From: Deltaproteobacteria bacterium
GTDB taxonomy: Bacteria; Desulfobacterota; Desulfobacteria; Desulfobacterales; SURF-7
Direction: 5' to 3'
Assembly (NCBI GenBank): GCA_019307665.1
Contig: JAFDJC010000001.1
Location: 1-45,772, forward strand
Length of the DNA stretch: 45,772 nucleotides
Under the pieces are notes generated by a model. It worked only from the letters and a program-made list of their open reading frames with translations. It did no database searches and was not told the origin of the DNA. Within the stretch, counting starts at the first letter, position 1. The number at the start of each line of letters is the position of its first letter. Both the position numbers and the translations under genes were made by a program. This document shows positions 26,574 through 37,740 of the stretch, one piece after another.

Positions 26574-28178
26574 TTATATGCTCACTGTTTTTACTTTACG
26601 AATGACAAGAAAATAATCAAAAATCAATCTGCTAAGAATCAATGCCGTAAAGAGGCTTGCAATAACGCCCAGGCTGAGTGTAACTGCAAATCCCTTGACG
26701 GGCCCTGTTCCAAACTGGAAAAGAACAAGAGCAGCAATAAGGGTGGTCACATTGGCATCGAGAATTGTCAGTGTTGCCCGGTCATAACCGGCATAAACAG
26801 CAGCTCTCGGTGTTTTTCCAATATTCATTTCCTCCCTGATACGTTCAAATATCAGCACATTGGCGTCAACAGCCATGCCGATTGTAAGAATTATACCTGC
26901 AATTCCCGGAAGAGTCAGGGTTGCCTGAAATGCTGCCAGGCCTCCGGCAATCAGAATAATATTCGTAATCAATGCAAAGTCGGCAACTAGGCCCGCGCCT
27001 TTATAATAAACGGCCATGAAAAAGATGACCAGGATACCGCCGATAGCCATGGAAAAAAGTCCCTTCCTGATCGAGTCAAGGCCCAGAGAGGGACCGACAG
27101 TCCTCTCTTCCATTACTATGACCGGTGCCGGAAGTGCACCTGCCCTCAGAACAATGGCAAGATCATGCGCCTGTTGTGTTGTGAAACTGCCGGTAATCAC
27201 TGCGTTGCCGCCCGATATTTTTGATTCTATGTTAGGTGCGGAATAAACCGCATTGTCGAGGACAATAGCGAGTCTCTTATTTACATTGTCACCGGTAACC
27301 CTTTCAAACTGTCTTGCACCTTTTTTATCAAAACTTAGAGATACTCTCGGTCTGTTATACTGGGAATCAATGGTAACTCTCGCATCAGTAAGGCTTGCCC
27401 CTGTCAATGACGCCCTCTTCCTTATAAGAAAAGGTTTTTTGCTTTTCCGGTTCGTTTCAGGATTTTCAATCTCCTGATAGAGAATTTCGCTCTCAGGAGG
27501 AATGTCCCCTTTTAGTGCTGCATTTACATCATGGTCCTCATCCACAAGTCTAAATTCCAATAGGGCTGTCTTTCCTATCAGGTCCTTTGCCCTTTTTGTG
27601 TCGCTTATACCGGGAAGCTGAATAAGAATCCTGTCTTCTCCCTGAAGGCGTATATCGGGTTCACTCACACCAAATTGATCAATACGGTTTCGTATTGTTT
27701 CAAGTGCCTGTTCTACAGCCATTTTTTGCAGATAAGCCGATTCCCTGTCCGGCAGATCGATCAAAAAGTTCGCCATACTGTTATCGATCGAGTAATCCGA
27801 CCTTAGGCCCTTGAACTCCCTGTTCAACAAATCATTAAAACTGTCAACATCACTTTCCTTTACAGTAACGGATATTTGTTTTCCGTCAACCATATTAATA
27901 CCCTTGTGCCTTATCCGCTCTTTCCGGAGCATGCTGCGAAATTCGTCTGAGACTCTCTCCATATGGGCTTCAACAGCTTTTTGGGTTTCAACTTCAAGGA
28001 TAAGATGCATACCACCCTGTAGATCAAGGCCCAGGTTGATCTTCTTACCGGGCCACATGTCAGGCTGCTCTTTATTGTTCAGTTTCATATCGACAGTTGG
28101 AAATACGTAGACAAGCGCCAAAATGATAACCGCCGGCACTACATATATTCTCCATGAAAGATTCTTCAATTCAATCAT
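26574..28178 (-). CDS. secD: Protein translocase subunit SecD
   Basis: LGLDLQGG, a large periplasmic domain, and the C-terminal GIAGIILTIGMAVDANVLIFERIREE. ATG 28178 with AAGGAAAGGA upstream. Confidence 0.9.
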   Translation of the reverse strand: MIELKNLSWRIYVVPAVIILALVYVFPTVDMKLNNKEQPDMWPGKKINLGLDLQGGMHLILEVETQKAVEAHMERVSDEFRSMLRKERIRHKGINMVDGKQISVTVKESDVDSFNDLLNREFKGLRSDYSIDNSMANFLIDLPDRESAYLQKMAVEQALETIRNRIDQFGVSEPDIRLQGEDRILIQLPGISDTKRAKDLIGKTALLEFRLVDEDHDVNAALKGDIPPESEILYQEIENPETNRKSKKPFLIRKRASLTGASLTDARVTIDSQYNRPRVSLSFDKKGARQFERVTGDNVNKRLAIVLDNAVYSAPNIESKISGGNAVITGSFTTQQAHDLAIVLRAGALPAPVIVMEERTVGPSLGLDSIRKGLFSMAIGGILVIFFMAVYYKGAGLVADFALITNIILIAGGLAAFQATLTLPGIAGIILTIGMAVDANVLIFERIREEMNIGKTPRAAVYAGYDRATLTILDANVTTLIAALVLFQFGTGPVKGFAVTLSLGVIASLFTALILSRLIFDYFLVIRKVKTVSI

Positions 28179-28281
28179 TCCTTTCCTTACTCTAATTTGC
28201 GACCAAACCAATGTCCATGACTGCTTATGATTAAAAACAACGCCTGTCTACCATCCCGGGTTGACATCACCAAGTCTACCG

Positions 28282-28620
28282 TCATGATTTACTTTTCGCC
28301 ACGCTCTGTTCAGTCGACTGATTAATAACGGAAATATTTCCCCGCAAAATCTTTACCTTTACCTTGTCGGCAATTTCGACGGTCACAGTGCCTTCATCAA
28401 GTGATGTTATCCTGCCATGAATACCGCCACTGGTGACAACACGATCCCCTTTTTTCAAATTGCTTATCATTTCGCGGTGCTCTTTTGCTTTTTTTTGCTG
28501 CGGTCTTATCAGCAAAAAATAAAAAATAGCAAACATAAGCAGCAGCGGCACAATTGCAGAAAAGCCACCGCCCCCGCCCTGGCCTGCTCCGGCCCCCATT
28601 GCATACACAATACTATTCAA
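28282..28620 (-). CDS. yajC: Preprotein translocase subunit YajC
   Basis: LLLMFAIFYFLLIRPQQKKAKEH...LKKGDRVVTSGGIHGRI. TTG 28620 has GAAGGAGAAGG upstream. ATG 28599 is an alternative start. Confidence 0.85.
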   Translation of the reverse strand: MNSIVYAMGAGAGQGGGGGFSAIVPLLLMFAIFYFLLIRPQQKKAKEHREMISNLKKGDRVVTSGGIHGRITSLDEGTVTVEIADKVKVKILRGNISVINQSTEQSVAKSKS

Positions 28621-28681
28621 AATGCCTTCTCCTTCCCCTTGTTTATATCTTATTTTTCCCTGAACAAATTTTATTCAGGAG

Positions 28682-29455
28682 TTAATTTTCAGCCGGTATC
28701 CACAGTGTCTCGCCATCAAATCTGATATTGCTCACCTTGCCAAAATCAATCTGATCAAGCAAGGCAAATACCTCATCCATCCTGTAAACGACGATCTTAC
28801 TTAGGGAATGTATCAAATGGATATTCGTCTCCAGCCTGCGGCTCTCTAAGTTGAAAATATATACCATATTTTCAGAGAACTTCAGTATTCTTCCCACACC
28901 CGAGCTCGCACCACTTTTCCCCGACTCATCAGAAAGAGGCGGAAGCTCAAAACCCTTTTTTTCAAAAAACTCTTTCAAAAGTCTGAAATGAATATTCCAA
29001 ATATTGTCGCCGGGCTGAACAACATATATACCAAAACCTTCCTTATTCTTCCCCTGCCTATTTTCAAAATCTTTGCCCCACTCGAGGTCTTTTTCAATAA
29101 AACCACCTTTTTTCAGGCGAACCTTGTCAATGATCTCTTCCATTGATACGGTATTATCGCCCACCTTAACCGATTCGTCTGATTTAACAATCATATCAAC
29201 CGAATCTTTGACACCGTATTCCTCCTTGCGATCCTGCATCATCTTGTCAAGCTCACTCTCTTTTTTCAGCTTGTCAAAATCGATTACAGATCCTGGTTTC
29301 GGAGGAATCTTTGCCTTGATGACCGGCTGAACCGGCTTTTCCTTATCACCACGGACTACTGCCATATAAATCAGTCCGGCAATCACCAAAACGACTATTG
29401 CCGCGCAACCGGCAATCATTGCAGTTTTTCCCGGCCGGCTCTGTTTTCTTGGCAT
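28682..29455 (-). CDS. Membrane-anchored hypothetical protein with a LysM-like segment
   Basis: One N-terminal TM segment (MIAGCAAIVVLVIAGLIYMAVV). YVVQPGDNIWNI resembles the LysM core. No other recognisable domain. Confidence 0.5.
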   Translation of the reverse strand: MPRKQSRPGKTAMIAGCAAIVVLVIAGLIYMAVVRGDKEKPVQPVIKAKIPPKPGSVIDFDKLKKESELDKMMQDRKEEYGVKDSVDMIVKSDESVKVGDNTVSMEEIIDKVRLKKGGFIEKDLEWGKDFENRQGKNKEGFGIYVVQPGDNIWNIHFRLLKEFFEKKGFELPPLSDESGKSGASSGVGRILKFSENMVYIFNLESRRLETNIHLIHSLSKIVVYRMDEVFALLDQIDFGKVSNIRFDGETLWIPAEN

Positions 29456-29560
29456 TGTCCCTCCTTTTGTCAACTCGCAGTACCTACAGTCGACACACTG
29501 ATACAGTAATCAAGTGCAAGTGTCAATCCTTTCGCGGCCCTTTCAAGGTGCCATCAATTT

Positions 29561-31021
29561 TCACTCACTCTCAATCCGGCTATCCCCCGGAATCATGTTA
29601 GAATCGCCCTTTATTATGATTTGGACGCCCCTTCTCACTTCAAGGTCAAGCAGTTCGCTCCTTTTGTTATTGAGTAAATAGGTTGCAACATCACCCGGGA
29701 CAACACCATGCACAATCGACACGTCGGCCTTTAATGTTTCTAAACGAAGTTTTCTAATAAACCCGATGCCGAAAGCTTCGAGAGACTGTATCAGTCCTTT
29801 TCCACGGCATCTGTTGCAAGTTACAAAACTACCCGCCTCAATGGAAGGCCTTATGCGCTGTCTGGACATTTCCATCAAACCGAATCTTGATATTCTTCCC
29901 ACCCTTGTTTTGGCCTTGTCATTTTTAAGCTGGGCTTTAACGACATTTTCAATTTTCGATTTATGTTTTGGGTCTTTCATATCGATAAAATCTATAACGA
30001 TCAATCCGCCAAGGTCCCTCAGCCGAAGCTGTCTTGCGATCTCCTCCGCAGCTTCAATATTTGTCTGAAAAGCGGTCTCTTCAATCGTTTTATTGCTTGT
30101 CGACTTGCCGGAATTAACATCTATGGCAACCAGCGCCTCGGTCTGGTCAAGCACTATTGTGCCGCCTGACTTTAACTTTACGCGGCTCTTAAAAATAGAT
30201 GTGATCTGCTCTTCAAGCTGATATTTCGAGAATATGGGTTTGTCGCTATGATATTGTTTGACTATTCTTGTGTGTCTTGAAGAGATAATCTTTATGAATT
30301 TTTTAACTTCTTTAAAGAGCTCTTCATCATCAATGAGAATTTCAGTAGTATCCGAAGCAAAATAGTCTCTAATGGATCTAATGGCTAGATTTCGTTCTCT
30401 ATATAAAAGAAACGGCGCTTTTTCTTCCATCCCCTTTTTGGTAATGTTTTTCCATAGTCGCAAAAGATATTTCTGGTCTTTGTCTAAAAGAGCCTTCGTC
30501 GATTTTTCACCGGCTGTGCGGACAATGATGCCGAACCCTTTTGGCAGATTCAGCCCCGATACAACATCCTTTAAACGTTTCCGCTCATCTTCATCCTCTA
30601 TTTTTCTTGAAATGCCCTTATTTTTTCCACCCGGCATCAGGACAATATGGCGGCCCGGAATGGAAACAAACGTTGTCAGCATTGCCCCCTTTTTCATGAC
30701 AGGATCTTTTGTAATCTGCACAATAAGCTCCTGCCCTCTTCTAACCAGCTTTTTCAGGGAACGGTCACCGGATGTATTGTCCAGAAAATAATCGCTGTGT
30801 ATCTCATTTTTCTGGAGGAATCCATGCCTTTCCACACCATAATCGATAAAAACCGCCTGCAGGCTCGGTTCCACTCTTGTAATAATGCCCTTGTAAATAT
30901 TGCCTTTTGTCATCGCCTGTGATGCGGTTTCTATATGAAACTCTTCGAGTTTACTGTCTTTGACCTTTGCGATTCTGCACTCTTCAGGATCGACCGCATT
31001 GATAAGAATTTTACTGCTCAT
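29561..31021 (-). CDS. rng: Ribonuclease G/E family endoribonuclease
   Basis: S1 domain (GNIYKGIITRVEPSLQAVFIDYG) and the catalytic region ALVAIDVNSGK...EIARQLRLRDLGGLIVIDFIDM. First ATG at 31021 (MSSKILINAV). Confidence 0.85.
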   Translation of the reverse strand: MSSKILINAVDPEECRIAKVKDSKLEEFHIETASQAMTKGNIYKGIITRVEPSLQAVFIDYGVERHGFLQKNEIHSDYFLDNTSGDRSLKKLVRRGQELIVQITKDPVMKKGAMLTTFVSIPGRHIVLMPGGKNKGISRKIEDEDERKRLKDVVSGLNLPKGFGIIVRTAGEKSTKALLDKDQKYLLRLWKNITKKGMEEKAPFLLYRERNLAIRSIRDYFASDTTEILIDDEELFKEVKKFIKIISSRHTRIVKQYHSDKPIFSKYQLEEQITSIFKSRVKLKSGGTIVLDQTEALVAIDVNSGKSTSNKTIEETAFQTNIEAAEEIARQLRLRDLGGLIVIDFIDMKDPKHKSKIENVVKAQLKNDKAKTRVGRISRFGLMEMSRQRIRPSIEAGSFVTCNRCRGKGLIQSLEAFGIGFIRKLRLETLKADVSIVHGVVPGDVATYLLNNKRSELLDLEVRRGVQIIIKGDSNMIPGDSRIESE

Positions 31022-31224
31022 TTTTTTGCCAATTCCTTTCAGCTCTTCGCCATCATTAACCAACTGTTTTTGATAAATTATGAAATTGTTGCTATCAAGT
31101 CAAACGAATTCTCTTGATACGAGAACCAAAATAGTTTACCGACCTTGCAATTTATTTGTTATGGTGGCATAAATCTGTCTGTTCAATCTGATATATTTTT
31201 AACTTTTGTTTCAAGGACGGCATA

Positions 31225-33810
31225 ATGGAATCACAATACGATCCAAAAACTATTGAACGTAAATGGCAAAAATTCTGGGACGATAAAAATCTTTTCAGCG
31301 TCAAAGAGGACGCTGATAAAGAAAAATACTATCTGCTTGAGATGTTCCCCTATCCTTCAGGAAAGATACATATCGGCCATGTCAGAAATTATACTATCGG
31401 TGATGTTGTTGCGCGCTATAAAAGAATGTGCGGATTCAACGTCCTTCATCCAATGGGATGGGATGCATTCGGCATGCCTGCTGAAAATGCGGCAATAGCC
31501 AACAATACGCATCCGGCGGCATGGACATACGACAATATCGATACTATGAGACACCAGCTTAAACAGCTCGGTTTCAGCTACGACTGGGACAGGGAAATCG
31601 CAACCTGCAGGCCTGAATATTACAGGTGGGAGCAGTGGCTTTTCACTAAAATGTATGAAAAGAATATGGTTTACAGAAAAGAAAATTTTGTAAACTGGTG
31701 CAACGATTGTCAGACAGTTCTAGCAAATGAACAGGTTGAAGCCGGCATGTGCTGGAGGTGCGGAAAACAGGTCAAACAAAAAAAACTGGAACAGTGGTTT
31801 CTGAAAATAACAGATTTTGCCGAAGATCTACTTATTCACTGCGACAAACTTCCCGGCTGGCCTGATAAAGTCATTACAATGCAGAAAAACTGGATTGGAA
31901 AAAGCATCGGTGCCGAGATACGTTTTCCTGTGGAAAACTCGGATGAAATCATCCCTGTCTTCACAACGCGTCAGGATACTGTCTTCGGTGCAACCTTTAT
32001 GTGCCTGGCGCCCGAACACCCGCTTGTGGAAAAGCTTTCTTCGGGAACTTCTGAGGAAAATGCCGTTAAAGCGTTCATAAAAAAAATATCCGCCCAGGAA
32101 CGAACCAGCAGAGGAATTGAAAACTATGAAAAAGAAGGTGTCTTTACGGGCGCTTTTTGCATCAATCCGATGAGCGGAAAAAGAATGCCGGTATACACAG
32201 CTAATTTTGCACTCATGGAATACGGCACCGGAGCGGTTATGTCGGTACCTGCCCATGACCAGCGTGACTTTGACTTTGCAAAAAAATACAACCTTGAATG
32301 TATCGTTGTTGTCAGGCCAATGGATGAAGACCTCAACGCCGAAACAATGCAGGAAGCCTATACTAACGAAGGTATAATGGTCAATTCGGAAGAATTCAAC
32401 GACCTTAATAACAAAAAAGCGCTTGATGAAATTGCCGTATATCTTGAAAAAAATAATCTGGGGAAAAAAACGGTCAGTTTCAGACTGAGAGATTGGGGCA
32501 TCTCAAGACAGAGGTACTGGGGTGCGCCTATTCCAATGGTTCACTGCAACAAGTGCGGAATCGTTCCGGTAAAAGAAGAAGATCTGCCCGTTCTTCTTCC
32601 TGAAGACACCGAATTTCTGGAGGGAGGCAAATCACCCCTTTCCGAACTTGATTATTTCAAAAAAACAACCTGTCCGAAATGCGGTGATACCGAAGCGAAA
32701 CGGGAAACCGACACGATGGATACGTTTATGGAGTCATCGTGGTATTTTGAACGATACTGCAGTCCACGTCACGATACCGGCATCTTCGACAAAAAAGCGG
32801 TCGATTACTGGATGCCTGTGGATCAATACATCGGGGGAGTCGAACACGCCATACTCCATCTGCTTTACTCCAGATACTTTACACGTGTCCTCAGGAAATT
32901 CAACCTTGTGAACTTTAAAGAACCGTTTACAAACCTTCTAACACAAGGAATGGTCTGCAAGGAGACATTGAAATGCCCTGAGCACGGTTTCCTTTTTATG
33001 GATGAGGTCAGTAGCGAGGGTGACACCTGTCGACAATGCAGCAATGCGGTTGAAATCGGAAGAGTTGAAAAAATGTCAAAATCAAAAAAAAATGTGATAG
33101 ATCCGAATACTCTTCTTGAAATGTATGGCGCTGATACGACAAGGCTCTTCTGCCTGTTTGCAGCCCCGCCCGAAAGGGACCTTGAGTGGAGTGATCAGGG
33201 GATTGAGGGCGGTTTCCGCTTCCTGAACCGTGTCTGGCGTCTTGCAGAAAACTGTATCGAATCAATCAGGGACACAGCACCGTTTTCCGGAAAAATCGAA
33301 TCTCTTGACGGCAGACTGAAGATGCTTTATCGAAAATCTCATTTGACAATACAGAAAGTTACCAGGGACATAGAGGAGCGCTTTCATTTTAACACCGCGA
33401 TTAGTGCTGTAATGGAACTCGTCAACATGATGTATCAGGTGGAAAACTTTGAAGATATACCAGACGGCCCACAGGTAATGCGTTTTGCAATGGAGTCCGT
33501 TGTTTTATTGATTGCACCGATTGTCCCACATATTGCAGAAGAGCTATGGGAAGGAATGGGAAAAGAATCGGCAATTCTCGATGCACCATGGCCTTCCTTC
33601 CGTGAAGACGCCCTTGTGTCTGATGATATGCTCATCGTAATACAGGTAAATGGCAAACTCAGAGGCAAGTTCAATATTTCCGCTGATGCCGACGATGGCG
33701 CCATAAAAGAGACTGCTCTTTCCGACAGCAGCGTTCAAAAATTTATCAAGGACAAACAAGTTAAAAAAGTGATTGTAGTAAAAAGAAAACTGGTGAATAT
33801 AGTTGTATAA
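31225..33810 (+). CDS. leuS: Leucine--tRNA ligase
   Basis: HIGH-type motif ([15 protein letters not shown]), the KMSKS motif is present, and a CP1 editing domain. 861 aa. Confidence 0.95.
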   Translation: MESQYDPKTIERKWQKFWDDKNLFSVKEDADKEKYYLLEMFPYPSGKIHIGHVRNYTIGDVVARYKRMCGFNVLHPMGWDAFGMPAENAAIANNTHPAAWTYDNIDTMRHQLKQLGFSYDWDREIATCRPEYYRWEQWLFTKMYEKNMVYRKENFVNWCNDCQTVLANEQVEAGMCWRCGKQVKQKKLEQWFLKITDFAEDLLIHCDKLPGWPDKVITMQKNWIGKSIGAEIRFPVENSDEIIPVFTTRQDTVFGATFMCLAPEHPLVEKLSSGTSEENAVKAFIKKISAQERTSRGIENYEKEGVFTGAFCINPMSGKRMPVYTANFALMEYGTGAVMSVPAHDQRDFDFAKKYNLECIVVVRPMDEDLNAETMQEAYTNEGIMVNSEEFNDLNNKKALDEIAVYLEKNNLGKKTVSFRLRDWGISRQRYWGAPIPMVHCNKCGIVPVKEEDLPVLLPEDTEFLEGGKSPLSELDYFKKTTCPKCGDTEAKRETDTMDTFMESSWYFERYCSPRHDTGIFDKKAVDYWMPVDQYIGGVEHAILHLLYSRYFTRVLRKFNLVNFKEPFTNLLTQGMVCKETLKCPEHGFLFMDEVSSEGDTCRQCSNAVEIGRVEKMSKSKKNVIDPNTLLEMYGADTTRLFCLFAAPPERDLEWSDQGIEGGFRFLNRVWRLAENCIESIRDTAPFSGKIESLDGRLKMLYRKSHLTIQKVTRDIEERFHFNTAISAVMELVNMMYQVENFEDIPDGPQVMRFAMESVVLLIAPIVPHIAEELWEGMGKESAILDAPWPSFREDALVSDDMLIVIQVNGKLRGKFNISADADDGAIKETALSDSSVQKFIKDKQVKKVIVVKRKLVNIVV

Positions 33811-33830
33811 ATCTTATTTTAAGGTGTCGA

Positions 33831-34352
33831 ATGCATTACGGGTATAAACTAATATTTCCTACATTGTTTATTATATTAATGATTTTCGGTCTTTCCTGCG
33901 GATACAAATTCGCAGGATCAGGCAATCTTCCGGAAGGGGTACAAAAGGTCAGCGTCGCCATTTTTAAAAACAATACCGCAGAAACCGGACTCGAAAACAC
34001 CTTTACTAACGATCTGATTTATGAATTCATTAGAGGCGGCAGAACGGTTTTCCCGGATCGGGAAAATGCTGATGCGGTTATTTCAGGAACCGTCCGGTCA
34101 ATTGGGGTTGCGTCTGCTGTGCGAACAGACTCAAGTTCATCAACCGAGAGAAGGGTCACGATTACCGTCGATGTTAAACTCACGGCAAGAGACGGGAGGG
34201 TAATATGGTCTGCGAAAGATGTGTCTGAAGATCAAACATATATAGTCGAGGAAGACAAACAGGCAACAGACGAGAACAAAAATGATGCCATTGAATATGT
34301 CTCAAAAAGATTGGCTGAATATGTTATACGTCGGATGACAGACGATTTTTAG
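33831..34352 (+). CDS. lptE: LPS-assembly lipoprotein LptE (RlpB-like)
   Basis: Lipobox FGLSCGYKF, about 170 aa, and positioned immediately after leuS as in E. coli (leuS-lptE). The family-level call rests on synteny plus the N-terminal pattern. Confidence 0.65.
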   Translation: MHYGYKLIFPTLFIILMIFGLSCGYKFAGSGNLPEGVQKVSVAIFKNNTAETGLENTFTNDLIYEFIRGGRTVFPDRENADAVISGTVRSIGVASAVRTDSSSSTERRVTITVDVKLTARDGRVIWSAKDVSEDQTYIVEEDKQATDENKNDAIEYVSKRLAEYVIRRMTDDF

Positions 34353-34609
34353 ATTGAATTTACAAGCTTGGTAAGCCGTGAAATTTTTCGGGCCGCATTT
34401 TTTTTATGGAGAATGCCCCTTTGGGCAGCCCTGTCAATAACAGATTTCGCATTATTCAATTCTGTCATGGCCTTTTTCGCTGAGTTTTCACCAACAGCAG
34501 CCCTTACTTTTTTAATAATAGATTTTGTGCCCGTTCTTACAACCTTATTGCGCACTCTTTTTATTTCATTCTGCCTTGCCCGTTTAATCGCCGATTTATG
34601 ATTTGCCAA
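34349..34609 (-). CDS. rpsT: 30S ribosomal protein S20
   Basis: ANHKSAIKRARQNE... is the canonical S20 N-terminus. TTG at 34609 lies 8 nt after AAGGAG (34623-34618), whereas the listed GTG 34618 overlaps the SD. E. coli rpsT also uses UUG. The 3' end overlaps the lptE stop by a few nt (convergent). Confidence 0.85.
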   Translation of the reverse strand: MANHKSAIKRARQNEIKRVRNKVVRTGTKSIIKKVRAAVGENSAKKAMTELNNAKSVIDRAAQRGILHKKNAARKISRLTKLVNSI

Positions 34610-35047
34610 CTTTTTCACTCCTTATATGTAATTGATTTAATCTACAATTAAAAACTGATAAAATATATAAAATAGATTTTTATGTCAAGATTTTTTTAAA
34701 AGAGATTTTATTCTTGCGCTTCATCATGGTTATATAGTTAAATTCTATAATATGGCATGATAAATAAAGGGGAAAGGCAATGCATGTAAGAACTGTTAAA
34801 TTATTTATGTTGGTATTCATTTGTCTTTTTATTTTTAGCTGTACATGAATCACAGGCAAAGATACATCCGGTCAGGATGCTCAAAATAAACTGCAAACCG
34901 AATCGCCCCGAAAAATCTGTCCAATACCTCAAGAAAAAAACCCTGGACAGTAAAAAACTTTTAATTGCAGCTGATCTTATTAGAAAGGTCCGTTTGTTTT
35001 TTGGATGCCCACAATTTGTTTTAAGAAATCGTAAAAAAGGAGCCGCC

Positions 35048-36292
35048 ATGTCAAAAAAAGAAAATAAAAACTCCAGACGCAATTTTTTAAAAACAGTCGG
35101 CGCAATCGGTGCCGGATCAATGCTGACATCAGTGGCCCCTTTTGCCAGTGCTTCGGATCAAAACAATTCAACAAATACCAATCCCATAACTGTTCCCACC
35201 CGACCTTTTGGAAAAACAGGCATCCATGTCTCCACACTTTCCCTGGGCGGAGTTCTGAGCGAATCAGACCAGCTTGTATTCAGACAAGCGTTTAAAATGG
35301 GCATAACTTACTGGGATACTGCAAATAGTTATGGATGGGGGAATAATGAAAAAGCCATTGGAAAATACTTTGCCCGGTTTCCGAATGATCGGAAAAAAAT
35401 ATTTCTGGTCACTAAAGGAGCAACGTCGGACCCGGAAAAACTATCTGAAAAGCTTAACGAGTCGCTTGAAAGAATGAATACCTCCTATGTTGATATGTAT
35501 TTCATTCATTATGTAGCAGATGTGAAAGATGAACTGACACAAGAAGTGAAAGCTTGGGCAGAAAAAGCGAAAACCAAAGGAAAAATTCGTCTTTTTGGAT
35601 TCAGCGCTCATAAAAACATGGAAAACAGCTTGCTTGAGGCAGCGAAACTTGGATGGATCGACGGTATCATGATGAGTTATAATTACAGACTCATGGTCAA
35701 AGATGAAATGAAAAAAGCTGTTGACGCCTGTGCGAAGGCAGGAATAGGTCTGACCGCCATGAAGACACAGGCTGCTTTTTCGGCCAATTTTTATGCGACT
35801 ATCGGATCAGAAACCGATGACGCCCTTAAAATAACAGAAAGTTTTTTAAAAAAAGGATACACTGCCGAACAAGCCAAATTGAAAGTGGTTTGGGAAAATT
35901 CGAATATCGCCAGCATCTGCTCGGCCATGCCGAATATGACCATACTGCAGGCAAATATTGCCGCCGCACTGAACAAAACCAGCCTGTCTTCAAGAGACAA
36001 ACAACTTCTGGATCAATATGCCCGGCAAACCTCTTCCGGCTACTGCGCCGGCTGTGCAAATATTTGCGAACCTGCTGTGAACTGCAAAGTGCCCATAAGC
36101 GATTTAATGCGTTATTCCATGTATCATAACAGCTATGGAGACAGAGATACGGCAATGGCTTTATTCAACAAACTACCCGCAGACAAAAAAGCAAGTATTC
36201 TGACAACAGACTATTCAAAGGCAGAGGAATGCTGCCCCCAAAAAATAGAGATCGGCAATGTCTTGAAAAATACATATGAAGCTTTTACTTGA
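35048..36292 (+). CDS. Aldo/keto reductase with a twin-arginine signal and a Cys-rich (Fe-S-type) C-terminus
   Basis: SRRNFLKTVGAIGAG...ASA Tat signal. AKR motif GITYWDTANSYG. C-terminal CAGCANICEP...CC. ATG 35048 with AAGGAG at 35036-35041. Confidence 0.8.
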   Translation: MSKKENKNSRRNFLKTVGAIGAGSMLTSVAPFASASDQNNSTNTNPITVPTRPFGKTGIHVSTLSLGGVLSESDQLVFRQAFKMGITYWDTANSYGWGNNEKAIGKYFARFPNDRKKIFLVTKGATSDPEKLSEKLNESLERMNTSYVDMYFIHYVADVKDELTQEVKAWAEKAKTKGKIRLFGFSAHKNMENSLLEAAKLGWIDGIMMSYNYRLMVKDEMKKAVDACAKAGIGLTAMKTQAAFSANFYATIGSETDDALKITESFLKKGYTAEQAKLKVVWENSNIASICSAMPNMTILQANIAAALNKTSLSSRDKQLLDQYARQTSSGYCAGCANICEPAVNCKVPISDLMRYSMYHNSYGDRDTAMALFNKLPADKKASILTTDYSKAEECCPQKIEIGNVLKNTYEAFT

Positions 36293-36325
36293 TGATTTCG
36301 TAAAAAAACACAAGGAGGTACTATC

Positions 36326-36904
36326 ATGAAAGTTGTCGCGTTTAATGGAAGCCCAAGAAAAAAAGGGAATACTGCAATGCTTATCAACAGTGTGTTTGAT
36401 GCGTTGCAAAAAGAAGGAATAAAAACTGAATTACTCCAGCTCGGTGGTAAGGATATCAAAGGTTGTCTCGGGTGTATGAAATGTTTCGAAGCACAAGATA
36501 ATACATGCGTCACAAGAAAAGATGATATCTTGAATGAATATTTTCAAAAAATGATCGAGGCAGATGGAATCATAATTGGTTCACCAACATACTTTTCAAA
36601 TGTAAGTTCTGAAGTTAAAGCATTAATTGATAGAGCGGGCCTTCTTTCAATTGCAAACGGTTATTCGCTTAAACGTAAGGTTGGTGCTGCTGTTGTTGCC
36701 GTTCGAAGAGCAGGTGCAACAGATGTTTTTGATGCTATTAATAAATTCTTTTTCATAAATCAAGTAATTGTTCCAGGATCTATATATTGGAATATGGGGT
36801 TTGGATTAAATAAGGAAGAGGTTAAAGATGATGATGAAGGCATGAATACTATGAAAATTTTAGGCGAAAATATGGGATGGCTCTTAAAAAAGATAATTGC
36901 ATAA
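36326..36904 (+). CDS. Flavodoxin-like NAD(P)H-dependent FMN reductase / iron-sulfur flavoprotein family
   Basis: MKVVAFNGSPRKKGNT, GCLGCMKC and IIIGSPTYFSNVSSEVKALIDR. AAGGAGG SD upstream. Confidence 0.75.
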   Translation: MKVVAFNGSPRKKGNTAMLINSVFDALQKEGIKTELLQLGGKDIKGCLGCMKCFEAQDNTCVTRKDDILNEYFQKMIEADGIIIGSPTYFSNVSSEVKALIDRAGLLSIANGYSLKRKVGAAVVAVRRAGATDVFDAINKFFFINQVIVPGSIYWNMGFGLNKEEVKDDDEGMNTMKILGENMGWLLKKIIA

Positions 36905-37014
36905 CAAAGTGCTTGTAGTAATACTACCGTTATGTCTATTTGTTTATTGTGATATTTTTATTTTGGTTATAGTTGCAACCTTTTTATTATTACAATCTCA
37001 AAGAGGAATAAAAA

Positions 37015-37488
37015 ATGACATTATGTGCCAAAGACATTATGGTTAGTAATTTCGACACAATTCATATGGAAGCCCCTGTTGAAGAAGCTATTCACAAAAT
37101 TTCGAACGGTATAGTTAGAGAAACCGGATACAAAACTATCAGCTTGATGGTAATTGATGATTTTAATAAACTAAGCGGTGTAGTTACAATGTTTGATGTA
37201 CTTTATCATCTACGACCGGATTTTTTAAATTTTGGAATCCATGGCGAAGAACTAAAGTGGGAAGGACGGCTGGAACCTCTTCTTGATATAGTCCAAGAGA
37301 AGAAAGTACATCATATTATGACTCGTAATATTGTAAGCGCTAAAATGAATGATCATATTATGACTCTCTTAGATCGGATGATAAAAAACAAATATCGTCG
37401 ACTTCCTGTTTTGGAAAATAGCCAGCCTATAGGTATAGTATATATATCAGATATTTATCATCACATTTTTTCACAGAAAATGACATAA
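37015..37488 (+). CDS. CBS-domain pair protein
   Basis: Two CBS-like modules (DIM...V...A...I..........LMVIDD..KLSGVVT..DV, and IMTRNIVSAKMND.....L..M....YRRLPVLEN.QPIGIVYISDI). Confidence 0.8.
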   Translation: MTLCAKDIMVSNFDTIHMEAPVEEAIHKISNGIVRETGYKTISLMVIDDFNKLSGVVTMFDVLYHLRPDFLNFGIHGEELKWEGRLEPLLDIVQEKKVHHIMTRNIVSAKMNDHIMTLLDRMIKNKYRRLPVLENSQPIGIVYISDIYHHIFSQKMT

Positions 37489-37740
37489 CAATGCAGGAGA
37501 GTCATGGTTAGCGCCAATAAGAAAGGGCAGGCAGTATCAATCTCTGCAAACCCTTTGATTTTATGGTGGAGCTTGAGGGGAATAATATTTGTCATTGATC
37601 AGGGGGGCATACACCCCCATACCCCACCATGGACCAATACCGGCATGACTTCCGATATTTCATATATAAGTCACATTATTCTTAATTTTGGTTTGTTTTT
37701 TTCTTCCTAATCTATTACTGTATGCAAAGGAGATGAGACT

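Noticed and set aside
37504-37710. 68-aa ORF between the CBS and KH genes
   Set aside because: The sequence is not protein-like, it has no SD, and the region folds into inverted repeats. It is treated as non-coding.
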